Assembly: GCA_051362555.1 (NCBI GenBank)
Contig: CM120641.1
Location: 15,004,001-15,068,000, forward strand
DNA: 64,000 bases
Direction: 5' to 3'
Source: Lingula anatina
Taxonomy: Eukaryota > Animalia > Brachiopoda
The position numbers and the translations under genes were made by a program. Positions 14,501-28,279 of this stretch are shown here, one piece after another. The notes beneath the pieces were generated by a model that did no database searches, was not told where the DNA came from, and saw only the letters and a program-made list of their open reading frames with translations. The first letter of the stretch is position 1. The number at the start of each line of letters is the position of its first letter.

Positions 14501-15770
14501 TTTCATGCTAATGTTTCAAGGGAAATATTAAAACCTGCTTCTGCACATTTAGGAGGAACCTCAGGGAATAATTTGAAATCTGTGCGTTGTTCACTCCCAA
14601 TTTGAATACAATTGAGGCCTTTTTTATTTGATTCTGTCTGTTTTTTATATATCATGGGAAGAAGATAAATGTAGCCTCTAGAACTCATGTTGGCATGTTT
14701 TCATTATGCTCCCGAGACATGCTTCATGTATACGAGTTGCCACTAAAAGAGTTTATTTTATGGTGAAAATCTCAGGCGTAGAATAGACAAGACTTTTCAA
14801 ATTCCGAAATTGTAAAATTGTTGTGAAGATCCCTTGCTAGATTGAGGGACTAATACATAATAACGGTTATGTTCATCTTGTTTGCTGCTTTCCTGAGGAA
14901 CAATGGATCGAATGATTCTATAGAACTACTGCCTCTGGAAAAAACAACTCATTCATTACTTTATGAACAGATACTGACGTAGTTAAAAAACTTGATTGTC
15001 CCGGCGTGACTAAGTTGATATTTTCAGTGTGACAAGAACAATGACTTCACTTAAAACTTACAATGATCCAAGCAGTGCATTATCTTCATCTATCTTAGTA
15101 CGATGTAATACACTATTTTAATCATAATCTGTTTGTTCCCATGTTTAAAGAAATGGATATTCTATGGAAGGAAATCGGCAAAATCAAGTTACAGTGTTTT
15201 TGGCGACATCAGGACTTTAAGAAGTTTTGCTCCACAACCCCACTTCCTACTTACCAGTATAGAACCATTGGGACGAAAATGTAGCTTAGCATCCCGAAGC
15301 GCATTTCAAATGAAAATACCTTAATGACGTCTTAAATCGCTTACTCTTTTTCGGCAAAATCGTGCGGGAACGATCTCTAACCATGGGAAATCAACTTATT
15401 CCCCGTGTAGGCCCCAAAAACCACCACTGTAATTGTACTCAGTCGCGTTGCAATAGATTTCCATATTTTAACATCTAAGCACGTGGTCTGTTGTGTATAG
15501 TAAATAGTAAATGGCAATTTTGCAGTGATATCCAAAAATTATCTTACCTACATGTACATTGGTATAAGAACATGTCCAGTCAAGGTGGGTCGGCACCACT
15601 CTGAATACATTATACATTACTTTACTTTCTAAGCAGACCGTTTGATTAAAAATTCTAGTCTTAATAAGCGAGTCCAGTTATCTTGTTAGTTTAGTTATCT
15701 GATCACAGTGGTTGAAAGATGCGGGAAATAATAGATGGTTTAATAGATCTACTCAACCATGATAAGTTTG

Positions 15771-15771
<1 letters not shown>

Positions 15772-15804
<33 letters not shown>
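15772..15804. repeat. (GA)n microsatellite
   Basis: Read directly; one interruption. Confidence 0.9.
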
Positions 15805-18800
15805 ATAAAGGCCTAATCTATCTGTCCATACTTAATGGATTTGTATAAAGAAGATTCGTTTTATTGATTGACACATTTGTTAGAAGAAGCTAAGACAGTG
15901 CACTCTCTGACCAGCAGTACACTCATTACTCTTTCGTTGACGGATTGTTCGGCTAAGCCTTTGATAAAGACGCATAAAGTAGAACAAACAGCTAGGTGTT
16001 TGCACTTGTAACGATATGGAAAGTGCAGTTTGAGTGATGTTCAAAGACGCATCGTTTATTAGTTTTCTACTGTGTGGCATTTGTCGACAGTGCTGTAAAA
16101 GAGCAGTGAAATACTAGTAATCTGCAGTGAGTGCATGAAGAACATCAGTTGCTTCGTCTGGATGTTCCAACATATATGGACAAGCGCTGTTCAAGCGGCT
16201 ATTGTTTTGAATGCGTGTGCAATGAAGATAACGTTGCCTATGTTATTAGATGATTTTTATGGCCAATCCATTTTCTTTTTTTCTTTTTGCTTTGGTGACT
16301 TGCGTGCACGTTCTGAAAACTCTCACGAGGATACAGATGCTGCAAAATGGTAGCAGTAAGTTGATCTTTTATTTTTTTGTATTGATCGATGATTTCAACA
16401 AAAACGTTTTATAAAAGGGACAATTCTATTATAAAGAGCTATGATATGCGTGTTCATGGTTTCATATTGTTATTTTTGTTCCTTGTAGTTTATCAGATTT
16501 ACTTAGAAATGTTATTGATTTGTTATCTCTCTCCCTTTTTGCGGAACGAACTTCTCCCTAACAAGGCCATGTCGGCACGCATGTAGGAATGTTGCTTGTT
16601 AAGCATGCGTCACACTCTCCTGCAATTGTACACCGAATGGGCACACGCTAAAGAAATGTTCAAATTTGTCTCTGATCTAAAAATATCAGGCTATTCGTGG
16701 GGGATATTAAATGGCATAAGCCATAGTTTGTGCACCGGTGGAGTTTGGGTTCTTGGCGGCAACTTCGTGAAATACCTAGAGTGCCACAAATTTCGAAAAA
16801 ACTTCAGAAAGGTTCGTCTTCTGTTGAACCTCTGTGTCCATGTTGGTTTTCATGAGGCCATCGAGAAGCATTTTGTCGAATTGCGTCATCATTGTCTTTA
16901 TTATTGGTGCCATCAAGCATTTTCGCCCCACGAAGACATACGAAAAAAAAAAAAAAAACAAGAAGCTTTCCGATTGCCTAATGGAAGGCAACACGATTGT
17001 AATCGTGAAACACTTGCAATGCCGTCGTATAGACACCTTATTATAGTACGATGACATCGAGATAGGACCAAGGTGTTGGGCAATTCTTACACGTAGAACA
17101 TTTACAATGGTTTTACTACAAAGTCGACCTAACACACTCTCTACACGAGATCTTATTTCTCGTCAGTTCCTTATAGAGTTAATAACTGCATATATGACAC
17201 ATATATTCTATACCTCCACTGAAACTGATATTGCCGCTGTAGATAGCAATTGAATTCTTACTTATCCATAGGGTGTTGATCTGTTCCATTTATCTACTTT
17301 GTCCCGAGGAATCCAAACGGTCCATTTTTAATGTGAATGTGTTCTTCACTGTTTAGTTGCAATTCGCCACTTAAATGAAATATTTTAGCAAATTTATTTT
17401 GGATTGAAAAACAACACATTTCCTATGAAAACATATGGGCAAAATATGCAAAAACAATAGTTCGCGTTTCATCTGTTTCTTTCAATGTGTGTTGGCGGAC
17501 ATTGCGTGCTTGATAACATAATTAAAACATCTTTTGGGATTTCATCGATATTTTCTTCGGTTGGTAGCACACCAAATTGTCAACCAACAAACTACCTTAG
17601 AACCTTGTAAAAATAAAAGGCGGGCGTGCTCAGAACAATGCGTTATATATATATGAAGTTTTATATTTTTGCTGTGAATGCAATTAACCTGTTCATTTAA
17701 AGTGACCATTGGCAACAGACATTTCGTAAAACACTCATATGGATATAGGATAATCCACCTATAACAAATATCCTGACCACTGATATAGCATCCAATGAAT
17801 AAGATGTGCTGTGACTAACCATCTCTCCGCCGTTGATAGTTCTTTTCGCTTCTGAAATTGATTGAGATTTATAAGAAGTGATAAATCGCATATAACGTGC
17901 TAATGATAACATAATCATAGATAAAAAGGATAACAAGATTTAATCTTGTTTAATGATCGATTGGGAAAATGAACTTTCATTTGAACTGTCTCGAAAGCAT
18001 TTGCAATGATTATGTGGACGAGAAGTCTTTAACAAACCTAGGCTAGCATATCTTTAAAACCAGCGCAATTGCGTCTGACCAGTATTTCTGAAAGGTTTGA
18101 CTCCCTTGAGAATCCAAAAAGTGAGTTGTTTGCAGACAGGGGAACAATAATGAATATAGACAATAGTTGAAACTGCTTTAAGTCATCAGAAACATGCCCC
18201 AGTGTGGGACTTAATATTTCTTTTTCTAATTTTGGCCCCCTTTTCCGCCCTTGGCTTAAGACATTTATCAATTTTGGGAGCATGCACTCTAGGGATATTC
18301 TATGGATATGAAGGTTAACACTGAACAATTGGTATTGAACTGATCAATCCTCCTTATAGAAAAATGAATAACGTGGGAATATAAATTAAGGAGTCTTTGA
18401 GTAGTATGTAGATACTGTATTAAAATTGACATCAGGACGTACTTTCCAACATTATCTCCCTACAAAAGGTTATTGTGATTGGGTTTTAATTGCTTGTCTT
18501 CAGAACCTACTGGCAGTATTCGTCGCACCTCAATTTACCGTGTGTTTCATTACTTAGCAAATTGATGAAACTGAATAAAGCTAACGCTGTTCAAAAGATT
18601 TTCGAAAAGATGTTAAAACATCATCAATACATATTGAGGTATATGTTGTTTAACTCAAATTGGATGTAGCACCCGATTCCTATTTAGAATTGCTTTATTC
18701 CAATAAAAGATGAGCCGCGTATAGAGTGCGTTGATTACATTCAATTTAAAGGTGAAACATATCCTCTCTTACAGTAGAATAACGGACCATCACTGATTTA

Positions 18801-20672
18801 TTTGTTCTTTAGATAACCTATGATGCCAGCCAGCCAGCCTGGTCAAAAGATATAGGTATCGCCTTCAAAGCTGAGGGTTGAATCCCTTCTATTACAGCTG
18901 CTGTATATTCGACGTTAAGTAGATTAAGGACACAATGTTTTTCTACTTAAAATCCAATGCACAATTTGGTCAGTTAGTTTGAATTCTTGCAGCGCAATAA
19001 ACTTGCGATCCAGGGTTTCTGTCACCATCAATTGCAATCGGCCTTATGGAACAGAACTTTATATTTAAGTTTGATAGATTTAGATAAACTGACATGAATA
19101 AGAGGCAGCTTATGGGATTTTGTTGGATTAAAATATCTCCATCTCTATCCAGTGGTCTCAAATTAAAAAGTCAAAAAGTCTGTAAAAAGCTTTTAAGACA
19201 GCTAAATTCCACACCTTATGAAATATTGTAACAAAAAATGCATGTGAGTGCACTTAGTAATTGTGAAAAAGACATATTCATGCAGGGTTTTCAATGTCAA
19301 AATAACAATGGCGAAGGGCAAAGGGATCAGAAAAATGATCAAAAACTTTTTTATCAAATTAAATGAACTGGCATCTACGTATTTGTTTTAAAAACGGACC
19401 GAATCCTCAGGTATAAAATTGTTGCTTACAATTAACGGCACTAAGTGTATAACCGTCTACATAGAGCAGCATTTTGCATCCGATGAAAAAATTTGAATTT
19501 CATACGAATTTAACAATTTTCAGTATATGAAGAAGTAAAAAGAGCCAAAATTTTGAAAAAAAGGAAATGATAATCAAGTGAAAATTAAAACCAAGATACA
19601 TTACTGCACCTCATACAAACTTTGTGCAACTTGATTTCAAGATAGCGTTTTTTTTATGTGCATGAAACCAAGAGATTACAAAGATGAAAATTGAAAGAAA
19701 TAAAACAAGTTGAATCCGGGGAACATTTCCTTTCAATGCTGCTTAGTACAATATTAGAGACGGGCAGTGCAAATTACTTCCGTATAATTTCAAGTAAAAC
19801 CGATTCTGCGTGCCTTGCCAAGGCAGCACCATCCGCATTCCACCTTAGCCTCGCACCTGAATGCAATTTATACTTACGCCATACCACAATATCTTTTGTC
19901 ACATAACCTGGTGCAGGTTTCTTATGTCAGTTCCCTGGCTAAAAAGGTTACAAAGACCGCACGTGACTAAGTGACTTTGCAAAGTCATCTTTGCAAAGTC
20001 GACTTCTAAAGTTTTTTTTTTTCTTTTTTTGGTGAAACAGGGGCCTGTATACATGTATGTATGAGCTTTCATGTATACATGAGCTTTCGATAATATGATT
20101 TTATTAAATCGATATAGGATATAGTGATCGTTCTCTGACATTTCACGAGCTTCCCTTTTTAATAGACTTTGCAAATCAAATATGTTTTAATGACAAATGT
20201 CGACCTTGGAATTTTCTGTTCAACACCAAACGTAACAGACGTCTATTGTTTTTCACTTAGGATTATATCAATAGATGTCTGGTGTTGAATAGGTCCCTTT
20301 TTGTTTTTAATAGTTTAGACACATCGCAACACCACATAGTCTGTAACAACCGTCTTATCACTCATTTTATTGCAGTTGTGAAAGAGGCTGTAATGATACA
20401 GCTTGAAAATAGAGGAAACATTTTACCAGCAAACATGTAGATCTGCAGTGGCAACACAGAATGCAGCTGCATGATACACTCAAGTTCTGAGTTAAAAATG
20501 CAGGTGCCTGAGAGGGTCTGGTATCCGGTTTCATCAAGATCACTTGCAGTCGTGTTGTGACGGCCAACAAGCCACGCGATTGCGTTCTCTAGCCAAAGGA
20601 ACTCTATCGCATGGCATTCAACTCGCGTCAATCACAATGGTGGTGGGCGGATAGAGCAAATCTCAGTGAAAA

Positions 20673-20679
<7 letters not shown>

Positions 20680-20712
<33 letters not shown>
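20680..20712. repeat. (TG)n microsatellite
   Basis: Read directly. Confidence 0.9.
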
Positions 20713-20714
<2 letters not shown>

Positions 20715-21563
20715 ATTTACCCGATCTGTTGACATTATTATGGACCTTTGTGCAATAGCTAATACATGTAAATTCGGTTTAACACTTTACTGGGGTTGGT
20801 TGGTGCGTCATTGTTGTGCCGTTAAAAATTTTATGCCCTGAAGAAGTGTTTCACATTAATAACGAATGAGAGACTCTTTTCATATTGATTCCAGTGACTT
20901 ACATTTGCGTAGGCCTATGAAATAATAAAAACCGAAGAACACAAGATTGCTTTCAGTTGAATCCAATTCTGACTCTCGCAATCAGGCAATCATTGGACCG
21001 TAGCAGACCTAAGCCATCCGAGAGACAATTGTGGTCAGGGTTTCTATTTGATCTTCCTTTCAATGATTCCCAAAAGTCCACGTGCTTTTACACATTTTAG
21101 TCTCATTAAAAGAACATCCTCCGCGTTGTAACGAAACTGTATTTTAACACTGCGTAAGACATATTAAACGCAAATTAATAAATTGCTTTTTCGTTTCAGT
21201 CAACATGAAGGAAGTCATAGTTTTTCACAGACTGTTCTTGGATACAGGATTAGAGGATTTTTCTGGTTAATGACAGCATCGGCTGTCGGCCAGAGTTGTT
21301 TAACACGGAAACGTGCAGTCATATTGACGGAAGACACCAAGTAAACAGCTTATTGATCGGCCCGCATTGTTGTCATATATCGAGCTATCGAGTTGAGAGA
21401 TACTCGTACATGTTGAGCCTCAGATCTTATAAATACCTTGCCTTGTGGTTTCAATTACGTTTATTGGAGATAAGTCGGTGCACAGATCTGAAAAACCGCC
21501 CTTGACTAAGTGTGTAAATTTGGTGAATTATAGCTTTTGGAGTCGTGAAAAAGTAACTTCAAA

Positions 21564-21904
21564 ATGGGAAGTCATATTTCAAAGGGCAAGTTCTCGAAAA
21601 AGCCCGTCAATGGCCCAAAATGTACGGAACCGGTCACCGCCTCCACAAGTGAAGGACAAGCGAACGGGCACGCTCACAAGTATGTACAGACGGAAGACGC
21701 GGAGTTACCGACCAAAAGCGACGACGCTGATATTCAGGAAACAAGCACGGGGAGTACAGAAACGCAAAAACATCTTAACCCCAAGAACAGACCATCAGAA
21801 GCAGACGTACCATTTGTAAATGAAGATCAGAAGAAGATCATCGTTAAAACATGGAATATCATAAAGGAAGACATAGCCAAGGTTGGAGTCATAACATTCA
21901 CAAA
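21564..21904 (+). CDS. Globin coding exon 1 (N-terminal extension plus helices A-B)
   Basis: AAAATGG start; donor AA|GTAAGT at 21905. An upstream acceptor TTTTTCGTTTCAG ending at 21199 suggests a spliced 5'UTR. Confidence 0.9.
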
Positions 21905-24900
21905 GTAAGTATATAGTCATTTTAGTATTGTTAGAGTCTACACGTTAAAAAGAGAGGCGCATCCCCAAGAAGGCCGTGATATGGATATTCGTGATGGGTG
22001 ATTAATCTGTAGTGGCTATTGATATATACCGCTTATCCTTCCAAATGCCTCACGAAATCTTTACAGTCATGGGTTTTTGTATCCACTTCATTCTATATCT
22101 AGAGAAACTATGTATTTTACGAGCTACAGTGAAACGTGTACGCCTAAAAACCCTTGTAGATATCTGAAAAGAAGCCTAAAAGTCGTGTCTCAGACGTCTC
22201 AGCACCCGTTTTGATGAGTCTTAGTAGCTACTGCTGCACCGCTTATCCACGGAGCACCTCATGAAATCTTTACAGTCACTGCTTACTTTACAGTCACTGG
22301 TTTTTATATCTACACGTAAGTACGCCCAGAGAAACGTGTGTCATGTGCAGGTACTACAGTGAAACCCTGTACGCCTTAAAAGCCCAACAGACATAGGAGA
22401 AGAAGCCTTAAAGTTGTGTCTCAGACATCTTTATGTCCGTTATGATGAGCTTTTTCAGTTGAAGTACGATTACAGGGTAGTTTATTTGCTGCGATTTCCA
22501 ACTTAAATACAATTGCTTAAATAAATAATGGTATAAAAATTATAGTTAAATGGACCAATTACGTGTACTAACTCCAGTTAAGGTAAGAAATTCTCCCTTT
22601 ACTATTTTAGGATAATATAAAAACCGATATATGGGGAAAATGAGGATCCAGAATTATATACATTTAGATGATCTAAAGGTATTGCCTTGTTTCAATTTCA
22701 TATACATATGAATAAAGAAAAAGATAAATAAACAAAAAAAGTTGATAAAATGATTGCTGAATTTCAACAAAAAGACAAGGATATATAATCATAAATTTAA
22801 ATTAATCAGCAACGGCGATTAAAATGTTCCTTTTTCCCTATTAAGCATACGCCTTCATTAGCCATTATCAATTTCTATACTTGGCGGAGCAATGTGACTT
22901 GGTGTTTAGTGTCACCAGTGGGTTTAAGAGTTATATGAAGGAAGTCTTAAACCCTTAGCTACATTCTTCAAATTTTGTTACTTTTTTAAAAGCATGCATA
23001 TAGTGTACACTTTTGATAAAAAAGGTTGTCATACCACCATTTTGTGACGTCCTCAACAGACATCTCATTTTATTTGCTAGAGGTGATAATTTGTAAACAA
23101 AACACATGACAACCTTATGGATAAAGAGTGTGTATATGTGTTTTTTGCGCAAAAAAAAAAAAACGATCCATTTCCTGCATGGGAAGGTGTTTTGATGTAG
23201 ATATAATCCTGAAAACGTGCCTGGGAGAGGCAATTAGGGTGGAAGACTATGAACGACTTGGCACTATCTTATTCACTAATGTATGTCCATTTGCTATAGC
23301 AACAGTGGCCCCGCGCACACACACGAGAGAGAGAGAGAGAGAGAGAGAGTTGTGTGTTCAGTGGGAACTGGCTTTTAGCATGTTAGAATTTCTAATTTTT
23401 CATCTTTTTAACCACCGAATTCGAAATCATGCAATCCATTGTAGACATGCTTTAGCGTTGAAGTCTGACTCTCATTAATATACTTGAAAAGTGGGCATAT
23501 TGAAATTTAGATAATCCCGTATTATCATTTGTTTTCATAGTTGATTAATTCCTAAAACGCTACATGTATTAAACATTTAAACGGCAAAGCGTACGAAATT
23601 AAGATCCATTAACAGTTGACGGTTTTAGCATCAATTAGGTAGATATCAGCCCAGCAGTTGGTATTGAAATGAAATGATAGTCAATCCAGTCTCTGATACT
23701 CTTCTATTCCCCTTATAATTATGTCTCAGCTGTTTTACACTATGTGCACTTTAAGAGAAAAAAATGAAATGCTCTTGCATGATCGCCCTCTCCAGTGAAC
23801 TATATGTTTTTCCTTGACGATCGAAACGTGTTTCATGCTTCAACTAAACCTTCTTGTACTACGACATATCTCTAAAGGATTAGGGCTGTTTTTTTAACCG
23901 TTCACATGGAGTTTAGTTCGCACGGGTTTAAAAAGCAAACCAATATCATCATAAAACGAGTCAGGTGCTTCCAGAGGATCTGACTCAAAACCCTACCGGT
24001 TAATGCCATGGCATTCTGCTGCTAAACACTTCAAAGATGGATATAAATTCGACTAGAAATGACATAGCGATCAGCGGACAAGTGAAGTGCTGACAATCAA
24101 TTTGTCTTGCGTTATGGTTATTCAACCACGTAACATGAGTCTCCAATAGGCCAATACCGCTCTCAATTCATCATGTTAACAGCTAACGGCTGCTAGAAAT
24201 TGTAAATCTACGTTAAATGTTCTAAGGTCTGACTGCCAGATGATCGAGTTCATCTGTTAGACGTTAAATTATATTCCACTCCAGAAACAGGTTGTGTTTT
24301 AGTCCTTCTTAGTTTACCAATTACTGTAGCCGATTTGTTTTTTTTTCTGCTTCATATAATATTTGATATCTCTGAAAAAAGGAGCGTGATTTCTTGTTAG
24401 GTTTACGAGAGTGTATCTGAACCAAAAGTGGCGTCTGCTTGTGTTCTTAAAGTTCAACATGGAGAGATTCCAAGAATATAGCATGCTATGACTACATGTG
24501 TAAGTCTTCTGAAGCATGGTGCCATTATCTAAGTAGATGTAGCGTTTTGTACAAAATAACGTGAGGTTTCCTTGCATTGCGTGTCAGAAAGACGGATGAA
24601 TTCAGGCGGGTTACACGATGCGACTGTGACTAAGACGAACGACTGTATCTCATCGGATAAACCGCACATAAGATGATCAGGTAGCAGATTCACCTTAGCT
24701 TTGCTCGTTGCTATGAGTAAGATGTAAATTTGCTTAACATCCAACTGAAAAGCTTCAGAGGCAGGTTACCAGGTTACCAATGGCAGGTTACAATCACTAA
24801 TTAGTTTTGATTAATCAAAATAATCCAAGTTATTGTGCGCTGTGATACAACTTGGCACCGGTCTAGTCGTTCCATAAAGTTTATAACCATTATTTACAAT

Positions 24901-26254
24901 GATTAACAGACAGACATGCAGGCAGACAGACAGACACAGACAGGCAGGCAGACAAACACAGACAGGCAGGCGGACAGATGGACAGACAGAATGCTTTTCA
25001 TGCCATTCACGAATTAAGCGTGTTTTAACCCACTGGCGTTTGATGAGTTATTATACCCCATTGGTTATAACCTTAAAGGGACGTAGCACAGTGGGGTTTT
25101 TAAACACATTTAATGAATTATATCTATCACTGAATGCAAACCAGTTTTCTGGAAGGCAACACTGCCACAAAGTAGACGGGACGACTTTGGGTGTATCTTA
25201 TTACTGTCATTGCAATATGTGAATGTGCCTGTAGGCGTAAATCTACCTCGAGCTCAAGTACGAGTAAGCTTACTCGTGTAGTACAACATAATAACAGGTG
25301 CTTTAAGTGATGTATTTTACGAGGAGTTGCCTTGATATGAACACATTGGAGCCCAGGGGAAAAATAACAATACGTCAGTTGTCCAATCAACGGGAATCTG
25401 TGAATTCATGGTTTCAAGGGATTTTCCTGTGGTCTTTGTTATATTAGTGGGGAGGTCTGACAGAAATGACAGGTTTCAATTGAATGCGGGTTAAAGGGAT
25501 AATAACTCTTCGTATGAGGTCTATATTTCACAATAAAAACATTGTGAATAACTCATAGAAATATAACATATTCTGTTTTACGACAAAAACAGGAGTTAAA
25601 GCTATTATTCTGATATCTGAGCTTGTCTTCAGACTACGTGACCTCCATTGATGGCAATACTCTGTTGTAATCTCTTAAGAGATTTTAACAAAAAACCAAA
25701 CTTTTTAGAAAAAAAACCAGGGACTAACTTTGAATGTAGAAATGGATTCATTAACCATTGGTAAGTATGAGAAAATTGTTATTTACTCCAGGAAAATTTA
25801 TTTTTTGGCCAAAACGAAGAGTTATTATCCCTTTAAGTACGTGTTGTACGTGTTGATAGAGGGGAAATAACTGAAATTACAGAAGTCGAGAATTTCCCAT
25901 CCCAGTGTTTTTCTGTCATCTGCCAAATAGTTGATCAATCTGATATGTATGTAGACATAATCTCGCTCAAGTGCATCACTGTGTGCATCGTGCCGCTGAA
26001 AAAAAAACTTTATTTTTTTCTGTGCATTAATTGTTCCTCACGGGAAATAAATAGTTTGTTATTGAAGATCCTCATTTTTTTTTCTTCAAAAGACACCTTC
26101 AAGTAAGCAGTATTATAATTAAGCCTTGTCACAGTAGTCAGTGGTGGCCTTATGTCCCACGCGGGACGAAGAGCAATGATGATGATGACAGTAGTCAGTG
26201 TAAGATGAAGTACGACTCTCTTGTGCATGTGGCCCAGGGAACTGTTTTCCAAAA

Positions 26255-26293
<39 letters not shown>

Positions 26294-26635
26294 ATTCCCT
26301 AGTGTTCTTTACCTTTACTTTAATCCATAATAAATTAGTCGTAGCCCAACTATTGAGGGGTGACAAAAGTATTGCGCCACCTGTGTAAATAGTGCCCTAT
26401 GAGACATGGGGGACCCGTTCGTAAAAAGTGATTTGTGGTTTAAAGGCTGTCAAGGCTTTGAATCGTGCAGCGAATAAAATATTTTGGCTGTTATAGGTTA
26501 GGGTCAGGGTCAAGCTTTTTATTTAAGTGGATAGCAATAGAATTATTTTCAACTGAAGTAGACTGTGTTTTTGGCCTTAAAGTTTAGGCCGATTTTTGGA
26601 TATGAGGGTTTTTTCTTATTCATTTATTTATCTAT

Positions 26636-26674
<39 letters not shown>

Positions 26675-28279
26675 TGTGTGTTTGTGTGTGTATGAAACCA
26701 CACCAAGATCTAAAATCAAATCTTAAGAGTAATTGGTAATTATCAGTCAGAGGAAAAACCGTAGAACCGTACACTGGACGGAGTGCACGTAGTTAGAGTC
26801 TGACAGGCATCTATTCTCTTTAAACTATTTGGAACGCTTTTTAACTTTAAATTTTTGATAGAAAAAATGTGTTTTGCAACGTGCTTTTCATTACTATGCT
26901 ATATCATATTCAATTTTTAGACTATTTGAAACACATCCCGATGTAAAAGAGGCTTTCCTGCACCTGAAGGACATGTCCCAAGAAGAGCTGGAATACAGCG
27001 ACATACTGAAGAGACACACGCTGCGGGTGATGCAGTCCGTTGACAAGGCCGTATCGCGGATACACAAACCAGTGATGATTCACAACGTATTTCTGGAACT
27101 TGGAGAGAGGCATATTGACTACCATGCTGAACCCAGAATAGTTGACGTAAGAATCAATTTAGTTCTCACTTTGTACTCTTAGGAGTTTGCTTTAATTCAT
27201 AAACGTTGGTTATTTGATTATTATTCTTTCTAGTCAAATAAATCACTCCCGTTCTAGCTTCCTCTTAAACAAACAGAGAACAGTCTTGATGTAACTGTGA
27301 AACTATTTTGCCTGCTCCTTGTTTTTTGTATTTTGTTATTATTTTTGAGGGAGTTGCGATCGACAATTTCACTAATAAGAAGAGCAGTACCGATTCTACA
27401 GGTCAAAGTCATGTTTGTCATTCGTCTACTTATTGCATAAATAATTAAAATTATAATTCTGTAATAATATAGCCTACCTCATGGTATAAATATGAGCAAG
27501 AAAGACTTTACAATTTTCAAAGGGAATGCTTTCCAGGAAATCCCCTTTGACCTACGTATTTTACAAGGAGTATAATAAATATTATTTGAAATGTATTTTA
27601 CAAATACATTAAGACTCAAAGGTAAACATATCTGAAATTAGTCTAATGTATTTTCTACCAGCATCATAGGGCGTACTGTTCTATTCAAAGCTAGCAAATG
27701 GCTGATGCCTCTGCTGAATGAACCATTTTGAGACTATATGGCCTTTGTGCGTGGCAAAAGTAGACATTTATGGATATATTTCATGTCAGTAAGACTAGGG
27801 CTACTCAATTTTTATGTGATAGAAATCCCTGCAGCAAAAGGGCTTGTACATATGATGTGACAAACAGTATTAGTTTACAGACGGTCAGTTTGTATATATT
27901 TTTCAAGCCTGTTTGCTGAAATAATATTGATCACATAAATAGTTGCTCCTACATGTACATCTATAGCAATTTAATACAAAATACTAAGTTTGATCTCATT
28001 TTCCCTTTTTTTTAATATTAAAACCGCGAGGAAGCAAATCCATTACCTTTTCATATTATCTATACCTTTGTTGTCTTTAAAGTAGCACATTTGCCGGCAT
28101 TGTCAAGCCCTTATCCTGTTCTCTATTTGCAGTTGATGGTAGTTCAATTCATAGAGGCTCTACATTCAAGATTACCAGCGGAACACTGGAATGAAGAGAC
28201 TGAACAAGCATGGCAACAGTTTTTAGAATACACCATGTTTTTTCTAAAAGTACCCATTCTCTGTATGAGGAAGACGTAA
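21564..28279 (+). CDS. Globin with N-terminal acylation-type extension (globin X-like/neuroglobin-like), 237 aa; join(21564..21904,26921..27146,28133..28279)
   Basis: Spliced 714-nt ORF with GT-AG introns at the canonical globin positions B12.2 (phase 2) and G7.0 (phase 0). Motifs: A-helix KTWNII, LFETHPDVKEAF (CD1 Phe), ILKRHTLRV (distal E7 His), LGERH (proximal F8 His), H-helix WNEETEQAW. Confidence 0.92.
22028..22453. repeat. Diverged tandem duplication (~200-bp unit x2) in globin intron 1
   Basis: Shared blocks ACCGCTTATCC, GAAATCTTTACAGTCA, CTACAGTGAAAC, GTGTCTCAGAC and TGATGAG occur in the same order at 22028-22222 and 22238-22453. Confidence 0.85.
24907..24989. repeat. Degenerate (CAGA/CAGG)n microsatellite
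   Basis: Read directly. Confidence 0.85.
25495..25832. mobile_element. 338-bp MITE with TTAA TSD (Kolobok-like)
   Basis: Perfect 19-bp TIRs AGGGATAATAACTCTTCGT / ACGAAGAGTTATTATCCCT; TTAA at 25491-25494 and 25833-25836. A diverged half copy lies at ~12153-12278. Confidence 0.85.
26252..26675. repeat. (AAAT)n at 26252-26295 and (ATTT)n at 26622-26675
   Basis: Two tetranucleotide arrays in opposite orientation, ~330 bp apart. Confidence 0.9.
26921..27146 (+). CDS. Globin coding exon 2 (helices B-G, heme pocket)
   Basis: Acceptor TTTTTAG|A, donor GAC|GTAAG; 226 nt; carries CD1 Phe, E7 His and F8 His. Confidence 0.93.
28133..28279 (+). CDS. Globin coding exon 3 (helices G-H)
   Basis: Acceptor CTCTATTTGCAG|TTG; LMVVQFIEAL...WNEETEQAWQQFLEY; stop TAA. 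Confidence 0.9.
   Translation: MMVVQFIEALHSRLPAEHWNEETEQAWQQFLEYTMFFLKVPILCMRKT

Noticed and set aside
16596-17135. Cluster of overlapping 70-152-aa ORFs in slightly GC-richer sequence
   Set aside because: No recognisable domain, interrupted by stops and an A-run; may be a decayed element but cannot be supported.
18825-18890. Possible tRNA/SINE head (GGTTGAATCCC B-box-like)
   Set aside because: No cloverleaf and no convincing A box; too degenerate.
20362-20631. 89-aa minus-strand ORF upstream of the globin
   Set aside because: No motif or consistent splice partners; may overlap a globin 5'UTR exon, but this is unverifiable.
19955-21090. CACGTG / RCGTG hypoxia-element-like motifs upstream of the globin
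   Set aside because: Short motifs occurring throughout the window at about chance frequency; TSS unknown.
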